Made by a program: the position numbers and the translations under genes. A stretch of 64,000 nt of DNA, taken from NCBI GenBank assembly GCA_964645485.1, contig CAZXZO010000004.1, forward strand, positions 34,352 through 98,351, in the 5' to 3' direction. This DNA comes from an uncultured Candidatus Poseidoniales archaeon. GTDB lineage: Archaea > Thermoplasmatota > Poseidoniia > Poseidoniales > Thalassarchaeaceae. The number at the start of each line of letters is the position of its first letter. Position 1 is the stretch's first letter. Below are positions 19,504 to 29,996 of the stretch, in pieces. The notes beneath the pieces are model-generated. The model saw only the letters and a program-made list of their open reading frames with translations, had not been told where the DNA came from and did no database searches.

Positions 19504-20313
19504 TCATGGCGCACCTAGTGCTTGGATAGTTGCAATGCTTTGATTAGTGAATTGCCGGTATAATTTTCTGAGTTCTTGGCGCTGTTTCTCTTCTGACATT
19601 GCTTCAATTTTTGCAATTTTTTCATCATCCAAATTTGCGCCATCGGGATGGCCAGCCCATTCATTCCAAGTTATTGGGCTGGCAAATTTTAATTCAGTTC
19701 GTTTCCAGGTACGTGGTAGAAATGGTTCACCCGGTGCTAGGATTTCTCTTGCACCGTTTATTCCGCAAAATACGATTGGAGTATTAGGAAAAGCCGCGGC
19801 GATTCTAGCGATCCCTGTTTTTCCTCGGCTGAGATATGGTGGAGATGTGTTTCTAGAGCGAGTTCCTTCGGGAAAAATTCCGAGTGGTAACCCTGCCGCT
19901 ATCACATCTGCTGCCCGAGCGATTGCATCATCACCACCCTTCTGCCTATCTGTTTCAACTTGACCAGTTGCTAGCATCAATTGCTTCCAACCTAGTCTGT
20001 TAAAGTGTTCATTTTTGGCTAAAAAAAACAATTTTCTTCTCGAACTAAAAATTGTTAGAACCGGGTCAAGGTGTGAAAGGTGATTAGCAGCAAGTATCAT
20101 TGGACCTTTTCTTGGTATATGTTCCATCCCTGAAATCTTTAATCTCGTAATCATATTAATGAATGGAATAGCGAAATTTAGCAAGCCACTGTAAAGAGGT
20201 GTTGGTGGCAAAGGGCGATTGGCTGGTTCTACTTCAGTGAGTTTACCTAAGCGAGCGCGTCCCTCACTGGTTAAATCACCCATATTCAACTCGGCTAGGT
20301 TAGAGGTTTTCAT
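19504..20313 (-). CDS. plsC: 1-acyl-sn-glycerol-3-phosphate acyltransferase family protein (PlsC-like)
   Basis: ILAANHLSHLDP (NHxxxxD), FLAKNE, IFPEGTRS, GKTGIARIA. Confidence 0.88.
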   Translation of the reverse strand: MKTSNLAELNMGDLTSEGRARLGKLTEVEPANRPLPPTPLYSGLLNFAIPFINMITRLKISGMEHIPRKGPMILAANHLSHLDPVLTIFSSRRKLFFLAKNEHFNRLGWKQLMLATGQVETDRQKGGDDAIARAADVIAAGLPLGIFPEGTRSRNTSPPYLSRGKTGIARIAAAFPNTPIVFCGINGAREILAPGEPFLPRTWKRTELKFASPITWNEWAGHPDGANLDDEKIAKIEAMSEEKQRQELRKLYRQFTNQSIATIQALGAP

Positions 20314-20374
20314 GGTTATCGGGACAACAGGCCTGACCGCGCTGTTCTTGAAAGGGTGGCTCGTGGGCCGGCAT

Positions 20375-21550
20375 ATGCTCACAGGGCGGGTAGTCGCACT
20401 CATTTTGTTTGGGTTACTCATGCTGCCTCTTTATGCCCCCGTTGGAGCAGAGTGGGAAGAAGATACTTGGCTTACTACAATAATTGGCCCAGAGAGACTA
20501 GCCTTAGGGGATGAATTTGGTTGCCATGGCATGGCTGGCAGTGAAACATCAGATTATGAACTTGAAATTTCACAATGTAGGGATTATCTGACTGGCCGAA
20601 TAAATGCGTCAAAATGGGCGGCCAATCCTATTTCATTGGGTATAGATTCAGATAGATTGAGTGAAATCGATTCTGCGGCAATTACTGATGCAGGATTTGC
20701 AGTTGTAGACCAGCAAATCCTGCCTTTGAATCCACAATTAAAAAATATATCATATAATGGCGGCTCACTGGAGAAAGATAGGCAGACTATCGACCAGTTC
20801 GAAGGGTTGATTGAAGAAGGAGAACCATTGATTAATTTTTATTGGCATGCACGTGACCATGACGTAATAGTGCGGCCTAATTCTGAATTAGTAGCATCTA
20901 TAGAATCAACCACTGCGTGGTTTACTACGTGGGGTGAACACGCATCTTATCAAGTTACGAAAAGCGAATTCTCACTAAATAATTCCATTCCTGAGTCATG
21001 GGTAGTGACATTTGAAAGCAATTCTCAATCAAGTGATGGAGTCTTTTGGGAGGTGCCAATAACAAATAAATTCACAAGCATAAATGCAGATGTTGTTTCA
21101 GTAAATGATGGCACTAATTCATTGGATGAATTGGAGATTGATTCACCTCATTTACAGACCGGATGGCATCAAGAAAATAATAGTTTAATTTTGACATTGA
21201 TGCCTGGACAACAAGTTACAATTAATTTCGATGCAGATGCAAATAATGATTCCACCCCCCAAATCTGTGAACGTTTCAACTGCCATGTAGTTGCTATCAC
21301 GGTTACAGGAATCCACACAAGTGATTTGTTTGATTGGTCTCGTCGTTGGGATGATACACCAATGCGCTTCACTTGGTTAGTTGAGCCACGGGAAGTTTCT
21401 GAATTTAGTTGGGTTCTACCTGCTATGGCAGTCATTGTAGCACTTAGTGCTCCGGTTGCAATAATCTGGTTAGTGAAAAATGATCGTCGGGCACAGCAAG
21501 CAATTTCAGTTTTGAATTCATTGGATAAACTGAAAATTGAAGAAGAATGA
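20375..21550 (+). CDS. Hypothetical exported membrane-anchored protein
   Basis: Signal peptide from ATG 20375; C-terminal TM helix. Confidence 0.7.
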   Translation: MLTGRVVALILFGLLMLPLYAPVGAEWEEDTWLTTIIGPERLALGDEFGCHGMAGSETSDYELEISQCRDYLTGRINASKWAANPISLGIDSDRLSEIDSAAITDAGFAVVDQQILPLNPQLKNISYNGGSLEKDRQTIDQFEGLIEEGEPLINFYWHARDHDVIVRPNSELVASIESTTAWFTTWGEHASYQVTKSEFSLNNSIPESWVVTFESNSQSSDGVFWEVPITNKFTSINADVVSVNDGTNSLDELEIDSPHLQTGWHQENNSLILTLMPGQQVTINFDADANNDSTPQICERFNCHVVAITVTGIHTSDLFDWSRRWDDTPMRFTWLVEPREVSEFSWVLPAMAVIVALSAPVAIIWLVKNDRRAQQAISVLNSLDKLKIEEE

Positions 21551-21589
21551 TGCTATAATGAAGCGCCAGAATATCGGGTTAGCAGTTCT

Positions 21590-22669
21590 TCAATTCAACT
21601 CTGTTCTAGTTATTTCAGCTCCCGTACTGCGAAGCCGACTGACTATTTCATCTAAATCTGAGTAATAATTGTCAGGTGACTGGATACCTTGAATCCTGCC
21701 GCCAAGCAAAGCCTCACAGGCTACTAAAAATGGGATTCCAGTTGCTACCGCCATTGATGGCCAGTCCCTATTTTCCGATTCATCTATCCCCGGTATGTAG
21801 AACTCCCAACGTACTACTGGTCCATTGTTTTGTGTGATGGTAATATCCATGTAAGTAAACTCTGACCTGTCAGTTGTGTAAGCCCACTGTTGTACGAGTT
21901 CTTGTTCATTCAAGGCTCCGCTTTCCCTCAATTCAAGGAATTTTTCTATGTGCCCCGGCCAGCGAACAGTATATTCTGATAAAGAATCACAAGTTATGTC
22001 AGGGTTGGTTAGGAGAGACCTCAACCCGTCGGTCAGAAAAGCCTCCATCTCACCGTGATTTCCGGCATTGAAAATGTGGCGGTCAGAAATCGCTGGCACT
22101 TCTTTTTCTTGGCCATCAATTCTTATTCTTGCTGGCCTCGTATATTCTTCAATCACATCGGTAGGCGAGAACGGGGCGCAATAACTCCATTCAGAATCTT
22201 GGGTGACAGGATTCCCACCTACGCGAATCTTCACTGATTGTATGGCGGGAAATCTCTTTTGTTCAGACATTACCACCATGTTTGACACACCAGGAGCAAT
22301 TCCACAATCATGAATCATCGATGCCCCAGATTGTTCAGCAAGTTGACTAAATCTATCAGGTGAATTGTCTGAGAATGCTAAATCACAGACTTTAACTCCA
22401 TTTGTAATCAGGTGTTCACGTATAGAATCTCCAATTCTTCCGGGCAATAAGTTGAGAATCAAATCATATTGAGTTAGGTCACAATTTGCTAAATGAGAGA
22501 TGGCATCCCCATCAATTAAAGAAAATGAGAGATTTTTTCTGACTTTATCCAACATGGGGACTTCATCATGGTTCACAGCGACAGCAGTGACATTATGGCC
22601 ATTCTTGGCTAATTCATCACAAATGAAAGAACCAACAAGGCCAGCCCCAAAAGACAGAATCATAGCCAT
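21590..22669 (-). CDS. Saccharopine/lysine dehydrogenase family protein
   Basis: GAGLVG Rossmann motif; DCGIAPGVSN, IRVGGNP, FSPTDVIEEYTRPARI, EAFLTDGLRSL, TVRWPGH. Confidence 0.88.
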   Translation of the reverse strand: MAMILSFGAGLVGSFICDELAKNGHNVTAVAVNHDEVPMLDKVRKNLSFSLIDGDAISHLANCDLTQYDLILNLLPGRIGDSIREHLITNGVKVCDLAFSDNSPDRFSQLAEQSGASMIHDCGIAPGVSNMVVMSEQKRFPAIQSVKIRVGGNPVTQDSEWSYCAPFSPTDVIEEYTRPARIRIDGQEKEVPAISDRHIFNAGNHGEMEAFLTDGLRSLLTNPDITCDSLSEYTVRWPGHIEKFLELRESGALNEQELVQQWAYTTDRSEFTYMDITITQNNGPVVRWEFYIPGIDESENRDWPSMAVATGIPFLVACEALLGGRIQGIQSPDNYYSDLDEIVSRLRSTGAEITRTELN

Positions 22670-22780
22670 ATCTTTCGTGAGGGGCGGCTAGTATATTTGA
22701 TTTCAACAATGGCTACCTTCGACGTGTTACAGCCGTAGCATTCATGCCATTGATGCTTACGAGACCGGTTCGGGGAGCAG

Positions 22781-24166
22781 ATGGCAGGAGACGTTTCAAT
22801 TGACCCTTGGTCGTCAAGTCAGTCAACTGACTATTCTAGGATTATCCAACAATTTGGGCTAGAAAAGGTAGACCATTCAGTATTGCCAAACCCGCACATG
22901 TTACATCGTAGAGGGATAGTATTCGCTCACCGTGACTTAAATCTCATTTTAGATGCTCACTCTAGTGGTAATCCATTCGGAGTCTTGACGGGGCTGATGC
23001 CTTCAGGAAGAATGCACCTTGGACACAAAATGGTCATTGACCAAGTAAAATGGTTTCAAGAACAAGGTGCAGATGTATCAATCGCAGTTGCTGATTTAGA
23101 AGCCCATGCTACACGAGGTCTTTCACTAGAAGAATGCCGGCGAGTAGCATTGGAAGAGTATGTAGCAAATTATGCTGCATTGGGATTAGACGTAGAAAAC
23201 ACATCTGTATACTTTCAATCAACAAGACCAGTTGTTCAAAGGTTAGGATTCACTCTTGGAAAAAGGACCAATTTGTCTGAATTTGAAGCAATTTATGGGT
23301 TCAAAGGTGAAACGAACCTTGCACATGTGCAGGCACCATTGGTTCAAGCGGGGGATATTTTGCATCCTCAGTTAGACAAATACGGTGGCCTAAGACCAAT
23401 TGTAGTGCCCGTCGGTGTTGACCAAGACCCACACTTGCGACTCACTCGTGGTTTAGCGGGTAAGACTAACTGGTTCAATGTAAAGGCTAGAAAATCAGGC
23501 GGTTTAGTAATCGGACTTTCTGTTCAAGAAGAGAATTCCGAAGCCCTAGGTGTTGCAAAGGACGGGAGGATTGACAAGAGTTTGAGGCAATCTGTGTTTG
23601 GAAAATTATCAGCAATTTTGGAAAGGATTGGTTTCAGTGATATTCGTTCTAATCCCAAGCACGGTTCAATTGAGATTCCTGCAGCAACAATGAGAGATAG
23701 AGATTTAATCCGGCCTGAACTTCTGAAATTAGAACGCTCCATGGGCGGATTGGGTTTGTTACAACCTTCAAGCACGTACCATCAATTCGCGATGGGTATG
23801 ACTGGTGATAAGATGTCATCAAGCCGCGAGGAGACTACAATTTTCCTAAGTGAAGATGTAGCCGTAATGGAAAAGAAGGTGAAATCCTCTTTTTCAGGCG
23901 GTCAACCGACTCTAGAAGAACACCGCCGACTTGGAGGGAATCCCGATGTGGATGTTGCATTCCAATATCTAAGATACTTCTTCGAAGATGATGATAATGC
24001 ACTTGCGGAAATCGAGGCTGGTTATCGTTCGGGTGAACTTCTGACCGGCCAAATGAAACAAATTTGTATTGACAAAGCCAGCGAATATCTCAGCCATCTT
24101 GGCGAGATGCGCCAGCAAACTGCACATATTGTTGATGATTTCTTGGCTGCTGATTCACGTTTTTAG
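22781..24166 (+). CDS. trpS: Tryptophan--tRNA ligase
   Basis: TGLMPSGRMHLGH (HIGH), VPVGVDQDPHLRLTR, KMSSS, GELLTGQMK. Confidence 0.96.
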   Translation: MAGDVSIDPWSSSQSTDYSRIIQQFGLEKVDHSVLPNPHMLHRRGIVFAHRDLNLILDAHSSGNPFGVLTGLMPSGRMHLGHKMVIDQVKWFQEQGADVSIAVADLEAHATRGLSLEECRRVALEEYVANYAALGLDVENTSVYFQSTRPVVQRLGFTLGKRTNLSEFEAIYGFKGETNLAHVQAPLVQAGDILHPQLDKYGGLRPIVVPVGVDQDPHLRLTRGLAGKTNWFNVKARKSGGLVIGLSVQEENSEALGVAKDGRIDKSLRQSVFGKLSAILERIGFSDIRSNPKHGSIEIPAATMRDRDLIRPELLKLERSMGGLGLLQPSSTYHQFAMGMTGDKMSSSREETTIFLSEDVAVMEKKVKSSFSGGQPTLEEHRRLGGNPDVDVAFQYLRYFFEDDDNALAEIEAGYRSGELLTGQMKQICIDKASEYLSHLGEMRQQTAHIVDDFLAADSRF

Positions 24167-24167
24167 T

Positions 24168-24788
24168 TCATTCAACATCTTCTGAACCCATGATGATAGG
24201 GGCTGGCCCGGGGTCAAGTTGGGCAACTTCTTCTGCGCTCAACTCTTTTTTTACCATATCATCATGGCCAATTATGCTGTGCCCTTTTGGGTCTAGAATT
24301 TGCAGAGAAAGTTCGCCAAGTAATTCACCCTTCGCAAGCGCTGTAAGAGCCATTTCAAGTTGAAACAATTTATCCAAATTTTCCTCATTGCTATCTTCTC
24401 CATTATCAATCTCCGATGATATTTGCCTCATCATCATTCGAATGATGTCGATGAAGCGATTTAGGACTCCTTCAACATTTGAAACATATCCTGAGGATTG
24501 AGTCCCAGGTGATACCTCTAGATCTAACTCAGGTATTCTAAGAGTGCCAGAAGAACCTCGAACGACTCTCGCTTGCAAGTGCTCTTCCTTTTCTATAGAC
24601 AAGGTGCAAGAGATGGCTCCTCGTTCCTCTTCTGGGATGAAATCAGTTTGCTTCATGCCACACTTTTCACAACTAATTGTAATCTGAGTATGCTCACCGA
24701 AATAGGGGATTTCGGAAGACATTGATAGAAGTTTCAAATAACCTTCAGATTGACAAGTCGGGCATGGGAAATCAAGGTCACTTTCCAC
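24168..24788 (-). CDS. ZPR1 zinc-finger domain protein
   Basis: CPTC, IPYFGE, CEKCG, RVVRGSSGTLRIPEL...PG, GYVSNVEGVL, DPKGHS. Confidence 0.9.
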   Translation of the reverse strand: MESDLDFPCPTCQSEGYLKLLSMSSEIPYFGEHTQITISCEKCGMKQTDFIPEEERGAISCTLSIEKEEHLQARVVRGSSGTLRIPELDLEVSPGTQSSGYVSNVEGVLNRFIDIIRMMMRQISSEIDNGEDSNEENLDKLFQLEMALTALAKGELLGELSLQILDPKGHSIIGHDDMVKKELSAEEVAQLDPGPAPIIMGSEDVE

Positions 24789-24797
24789 TTTACCACC

Positions 24798-25223
24798 TCA
24801 CAAAGAGTGTTCGAATGATTCTTTTTCTAGACCCGCGACACCGCTTACTCCAGGAGGTAAGACTAACACGCGGTCTTCCCCAAGTTGAACGAGAGTTCCA
24901 CCTACATCCTTGACAATGAAGTTTGAGATTTGTTCGATTGTAGTTTCAAATTCAAAGCCTCTGTCGATAATTTTTCCTAACTCAACTATCACAACTTCTC
25001 CTTCTGCAGCCCAATTAAAAATCTCGTCTAAACCGGTAACATCGTGTAAAACTGCTCTGCGGATGACTAATTCCCCATCAATTCGTGGCACAGGAGCATC
25101 AGGGTATAACGACCCCAAGTCATGGTATAGTTGGCCAGGTTCCGGGCGTGGCATTTCCCCTTCTGAGGTGCTGGGAATGTCAATCCAGCGCGGCCCATCG
25201 CCTTCTTCCTCAGTCATTTCCAC
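24798..25223 (-). CDS. sepF: Cell division protein SepF (archaeal)
   Basis: C-terminal domain: GEVVIVELGKI, VGGTLVQLGEDRVLVLPPGV; conserved position next to ZPR1. Confidence 0.75.
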   Translation of the reverse strand: MEMTEEEGDGPRWIDIPSTSEGEMPRPEPGQLYHDLGSLYPDAPVPRIDGELVIRRAVLHDVTGLDEIFNWAAEGEVVIVELGKIIDRGFEFETTIEQISNFIVKDVGGTLVQLGEDRVLVLPPGVSGVAGLEKESFEHSL

Positions 25224-25392
25224 GGTTCACCCGTGCAGGGCTAGCCACATAACCAATTTCCTGTTTTGTAGTAGGATGAATGCAGTTCGGTTTAGTCGGG
25301 TTGATAAGGGGCCGATATTTCGCCCTTCATGCACAAGCAGGTGGCCGGGCTCAGTGCGAATGTTCAAGAACGGGCAATTAGGGGATAATGAT

Positions 25393-26019
25393 ATGGACGC
25401 AGAGATGACGGCATTGAAGACAGGAACTAGCACCATCGGCATATGCTTTGATGGAGGCGTAGTAGTAGGTGCAGACCATCGAGCAACTATGGGTCACTTT
25501 GTGGCTAACAAGAATGTTCAGAAGTTATTCTCAATTGCTGATAATATCGCTCTTACAACTGCTGGATTGGTTGGTCATGCTCAAGTCCTTTCGCGTGTTT
25601 TGGCTGCTGAAATAGCAATCTATGAAATGAAGCGTGGTGGAATCATGAAGGTTGAAGCCGCCGCAACTCTCACTGCAAATATTCTCGGTGGCAGGCCTTA
25701 TTGGGTTCAATTATTAATTGCCGGCGTGGATGTTGATGGAAGTCATGTTTATTCCATTGATTCAGCAGGTGGTTCAATTTCAGACACTTATTGCGCAACA
25801 GGCTCAGGTTCACCCTACATGTACGGTGTTCTAGAAGACCAGTACAAAGATGATATGACTGAGAATGAAGCATTGAAAGTTGCCGCAAAAGCACTTTTGG
25901 CATCCGCTCAAAGAGATGCAGCGAGTGGTAACGGCATGGATTTGTGCGTAATCACATTGGACAAAGGATTCACCTTACTCACTGATGCACAGAAGCAGAA
26001 ACTCATCAATTCTATTTGA
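25393..26019 (+). CDS. psmB: Proteasome subunit beta
   Basis: Propeptide then KTG|TSTIG, VVGADHRATMG, ATGSGSPYMYGVLE, RDAASGNG. Confidence 0.96.
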   Translation: MDAEMTALKTGTSTIGICFDGGVVVGADHRATMGHFVANKNVQKLFSIADNIALTTAGLVGHAQVLSRVLAAEIAIYEMKRGGIMKVEAAATLTANILGGRPYWVQLLIAGVDVDGSHVYSIDSAGGSISDTYCATGSGSPYMYGVLEDQYKDDMTENEALKVAAKALLASAQRDAASGNGMDLCVITLDKGFTLLTDAQKQKLINSI

Positions 26020-26115
26020 GAATTGAAATCAAATTCCCGGCAGTTTAACTGCTATTCTCCTCGCTTGAGGAAGCCCCAAAACTGCGGGATCCAGTTGACA
26101 CGATGAGGTGTAGCA

Positions 26116-28017
26116 ATGAGATTGACCTTTAAGGAAATTAAAGAGAAGTTAATACAAATGATGCCTAGTAAGGCTGATTATGAAATTGATTTAGAAGCAG
26201 CAAGCATCGCCATTATCACTAAAACTCCAGAAGAATTCAACAATTCTCTAATTGGTGAGATGGCTAAAACAATTAAACGACGAATTATTGTTAGGCCACA
26301 TGAATCTATTTTGATGAATCCAAGAGATGCCCAAGAATTAATTGGCAACATAATTCCAAAAGATTCACTCGTTCTCAATATTTGGTTTGACCCTGCAATT
26401 GGAGAGTGTACAATCGAATGTAAAGACCCAGCATTAGCTGTTGGGAAGAAGGGTGTACATCTCAAAGAAGTCAGGGATAAAATCGGATGGCACACTAACA
26501 TAATCAGGTCATCAAGGATGGATAGCAGGACATCTACTGATATTCGGAGATTCAGAATGGATAACTCCACAGACAGAAAAAAAGCACTGCGTAGATTTGG
26601 CAATAACATCTACCGCCCACAAAGGCCAGGGGAATCATGGGTTAGACTCACGGCGCTCGGGTCGTATGGTGAAGTCGGAAGGGCAATGCATCTTGTCACG
26701 ACTAACGAAAGTAGGGTTGTTGTGGATTGTGGCGCGAAACCGGGACGTGAAGATTCCTCAATGCCGTATTTTTCAGCACCTGAATTGCTTCCACCTGACA
26801 AAATTGATGCAGTTGTAATTACACACGCCCATCTCGACCATATTGGGATGTTACCTGTATTATTCAAATATGGATATCGAGGTCCAGTATATTGCACTCC
26901 ACCAACACGAGATTTGATGGTATTACTGCAACTAGATTTCATCAAGGTGTCACAGTCAGAAGGACGACAACCAGCGTACACCTTAGAAGATGTACAAACA
27001 ATGATGCTTCATGTGGTTGACGTAGATTGGAACCAAACTACAGATATTTCTCCAGACATCAAAATGACACTATACAACGCTGGACATATTCTTGGTTCAT
27101 CGTCTGTTCACATGCACATTGGAGAGGGATTGCATAATTTGGTATTCAGTGGTGATATAAAATACGAAAAATCTTGGCTTTATGATGCTGCTAATGTGCG
27201 CTTTCCACGGGTTGAAACTCTTGTACTTGAATCAACATATGGAGGTGCTAAATCATTCCAGCCTTCTAGGTTGGAAGCAACCCAAGAATTGCAAGATATG
27301 ATGAAACGAGTTCTCAGCAAAGGTGGCAAAATATTCTGTCCTGTATTCGCTGTGGGACGAAGTCAAGAATTGATGATAGCAATTGACCAATTATTCAAAT
27401 CGGGAGAATGTGAACCTGTTCCAGTTTGGCTTGATGGTATGATTCAAGAAGCAACAGCAATCCATGCACTACATCCTGATTATCTAAATCAAGAATTGCG
27501 GCAATCAGTCTTGAGAGATGATGAATCAAATCCTTTCTCATCCAAATGGTTCAAGAAAGTTGAGAGCAGAGACCAACGTGAATCAATCATCAACAACCCA
27601 CGTCCTTGTATCGTTCTAGCGACCAGTGGGATGATGTCAGGTGGGCCAATAGTTGAATACCTGAGAAATTGGTGTGAAGACCGATTAAACACCCTTTGTT
27701 TTGTCGGTTATCAAGCCGAAGGAACTCTTGGACGGAGACTCAAAGATGGCTTCAAGGATGTACCAATTAGTGATGGAGGAAGAGGCACAGAGATGATCAG
27801 AGTTGAGTGTGACTTAGTCATTATTGATGGGATGAGCGGCCATTCAGACCGCCGACAATTGATGGAATACGTAAATCAAATGAATCCAAAACCACGTTTC
27901 ATTATTTTGCACCATGGTGATGCAAAAATCGCTAACCAGTTCAGACAGGGGTTAAGAGAAACCTACCGCATTAGAACGGTTGCACCATCAAACCTTGAGA
28001 CACTTCGGCTGGTCTGA
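26116..28017 (+). CDS. Beta-CASP ribonuclease aCPSF1 (KH + metallo-beta-lactamase + beta-CASP)
   Basis: THAHLDHIG, NAGHILGSS, LVLESTYGG, FAVGRSQE, ATSGMMSGGP, GMSGHSDRRQL; adjacent to psmB as is usual in archaea. Confidence 0.95.
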   Translation: MRLTFKEIKEKLIQMMPSKADYEIDLEAASIAIITKTPEEFNNSLIGEMAKTIKRRIIVRPHESILMNPRDAQELIGNIIPKDSLVLNIWFDPAIGECTIECKDPALAVGKKGVHLKEVRDKIGWHTNIIRSSRMDSRTSTDIRRFRMDNSTDRKKALRRFGNNIYRPQRPGESWVRLTALGSYGEVGRAMHLVTTNESRVVVDCGAKPGREDSSMPYFSAPELLPPDKIDAVVITHAHLDHIGMLPVLFKYGYRGPVYCTPPTRDLMVLLQLDFIKVSQSEGRQPAYTLEDVQTMMLHVVDVDWNQTTDISPDIKMTLYNAGHILGSSSVHMHIGEGLHNLVFSGDIKYEKSWLYDAANVRFPRVETLVLESTYGGAKSFQPSRLEATQELQDMMKRVLSKGGKIFCPVFAVGRSQELMIAIDQLFKSGECEPVPVWLDGMIQEATAIHALHPDYLNQELRQSVLRDDESNPFSSKWFKKVESRDQRESIINNPRPCIVLATSGMMSGGPIVEYLRNWCEDRLNTLCFVGYQAEGTLGRRLKDGFKDVPISDGGRGTEMIRVECDLVIIDGMSGHSDRRQLMEYVNQMNPKPRFIILHHGDAKIANQFRQGLRETYRIRTVAPSNLETLRLV

Positions 28018-28863
28018 TTAAGAATATTCCAGCTGGACTTTGTCAATTTGTTTGCCTAGGATGTAAAGAACTAGGCCTGAAACCAAAGATAGTACACCAA
28101 TGAAAGTCACGGCAAATGCTGCTAAAGCAACCCCGATGCTCACCGTATCGTGTGGACCTCCAATATCAATCAATGCAGTGGCCATTTGGTATCCAACTGT
28201 GAAGAAAATAATACCTGGGATTCCAAGTACAATAAGTGGGTGTTTTGATTCGAGCATCCAGTAGAATAGTTGGGCAAACCGAGAGGCACTTGTCAAAGAT
28301 TCCAATTCTTTGCCAACAGGTGTGGCATCGAGTTCAATTATTCTGACCTTGAGGTCATGAGATAGGTCTGCGGGCTTGTCATTGTCGTCTGCTTGTGCTA
28401 AGGCACGTAAGCCCTGTTTGGAGAAAGCGCAAACAGAAATTGCAGCATCTGCGTATGAATAAGAGGCGATTGTAATCGCTTCGCTTGAATCAGGAATGTC
28501 ATCAGTTCGTTGGTTGACACTTCTATGCTTGAAGGCGATGTAGATATCATTGCGACTACGTGAAAGGGCGATATGGCGTGGCAAATTCTTGAGTTTCCAG
28601 TCTTTGTCCAAACCGATTGCAACAGTATTTTCTGTTTCAGGTAACTCCATCGCCAGTAAAGTACGGGCTAAACTTGGGGCGTGAGCAGGGCCATCATGAA
28701 CCACATAAGTCCCACCCGCTTTCTCAACCATCTCACGTTGTTTTTCATCTTCTCCTAGAGAAATTACAACAACATCGTCAACAAAATCAGTACCGCGGCT
28801 TACAGCCGACCCTAATCGAAGGGCTTGTTCTCGAGCAACAAACACTAATCGCATGCTTCCCAA
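28018..28863 (-). CDS. Degenerate GT2-like membrane protein lacking DDGS and DxD motifs
   Basis: Colinear with the GT2 at 46699-47646 (KHPLIVLGIPG versus KKPFLAFGVPG; two C-terminal TM helices) but catalytic acidic motifs are replaced. Confidence 0.6.
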   Translation of the reverse strand: MGSMRLVFVAREQALRLGSAVSRGTDFVDDVVVISLGEDEKQREMVEKAGGTYVVHDGPAHAPSLARTLLAMELPETENTVAIGLDKDWKLKNLPRHIALSRSRNDIYIAFKHRSVNQRTDDIPDSSEAITIASYSYADAAISVCAFSKQGLRALAQADDNDKPADLSHDLKVRIIELDATPVGKELESLTSASRFAQLFYWMLESKHPLIVLGIPGIIFFTVGYQMATALIDIGGPHDTVSIGVALAAFAVTFIGVLSLVSGLVLYILGKQIDKVQLEYS

Positions 28864-28938
28864 CCCTCCGTCGGGTCGGTCTAAGGGTTAATCATTCGCC
28901 CTAAGATGTAGCAAAAATGTGGAACTCATTGAAAGACC

Positions 28939-29895
28939 GTGTCTGCCGCCGCCGAATTGATGCGCAACGGATGGCGAGTGGCGGTAGTGATGCCAGCCTT
29001 CAATGAGCAAGTGCAAATTGAGGCGGCGATCAACTCTATACCATCCTGGATAGATTCGTTGGTAGTTGTGGATGATGGCTCAACTGATTTGACTTACCAA
29101 AAAGCCGAATCGGTGCTTCCAGCCTTTGGTAAAATCGTCACGACTAATGGACTTGGAGTGGGTGGTGCAATCGCAACTGGATACGCGGAGGTAATCTCTG
29201 ACCTACAGAGTGAAAATGTAGGCACACATGACTGGGCTGTTGTTGTAATGGCCGGTGATGGGCAAATGGACCCAGAGGATATTGACAATCTTCTCACTCC
29301 TCTCTCAAGAGTTCCGTTTGTGAAAGGTGACCGATTCTCTCACCATTCCGGATTAGGGGGAATGCCAAAAAATAGACGGGTTGGCTCATGGGTGTTAGGA
29401 AAACTAACCTCCCTTGCAAGTGGCCGCCATGTGAATGACCCTCAGTGCGGCTATACTGCGGTTACCGTAGATGCATTACTACAATGGGATTGGGTGAGTA
29501 AGTGGCAAGGATATGGTTATCCAAATTGGTGGTTACTGAACATTGGTTCACAATCAATTCCGTTTGAATCTGTGCCGGTGAAATCGGTTTATCGTGACGA
29601 AAAATCTGGAATAAAAGTGCTCAAATTTTTGCCTCGGATTTCACTATTATTGTTGACAGGGTTATGGCGTAGGGGCTGGAATTGGTATGTTAGAGGTGAG
29701 GGGAAAACCCCGATTACTGCACGACTTGCAGTAACTTCAACATGGTTTTCTTCGTTATTGTTGCTGGCCACATTACCGATGTTGGTTTTGCTTGAACCGC
29801 CATCGTTAGCGCTGATTCCAGCAGTGTTTGGCTTGTTGGCTGTGACTTGGAAATTGGACCAAAATGAAGTTCACCGACGGCTCAACCGAATCTGA
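28939..29895 (+). CDS. Glycosyltransferase family 2
   Basis: VVMPAFNE, VVDDGSTD, MAGDGQMDP, VNDPQCGYTA; C-terminal TM helices. Confidence 0.9.
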   Translation: MSAAAELMRNGWRVAVVMPAFNEQVQIEAAINSIPSWIDSLVVVDDGSTDLTYQKAESVLPAFGKIVTTNGLGVGGAIATGYAEVISDLQSENVGTHDWAVVVMAGDGQMDPEDIDNLLTPLSRVPFVKGDRFSHHSGLGGMPKNRRVGSWVLGKLTSLASGRHVNDPQCGYTAVTVDALLQWDWVSKWQGYGYPNWWLLNIGSQSIPFESVPVKSVYRDEKSGIKVLKFLPRISLLLLTGLWRRGWNWYVRGEGKTPITARLAVTSTWFSSLLLLATLPMLVLLEPPSLALIPAVFGLLAVTWKLDQNEVHRRLNRI

Positions 29896-29996
29896 ATACA
29901 AACATAAAATGAGGGTAAACTCCATGCCGGCTGTTCTGCGGGCTAGATTACGTTGAGTTGAAATCCATCGCCAAGGATTGAACATGAAATCCTTGC

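Noticed and set aside
24910-25392. 160-aa N-terminal extension on proteasome beta
   Set aside because: Overlaps sepF on the opposite strand; the true start is most likely ATG 25393
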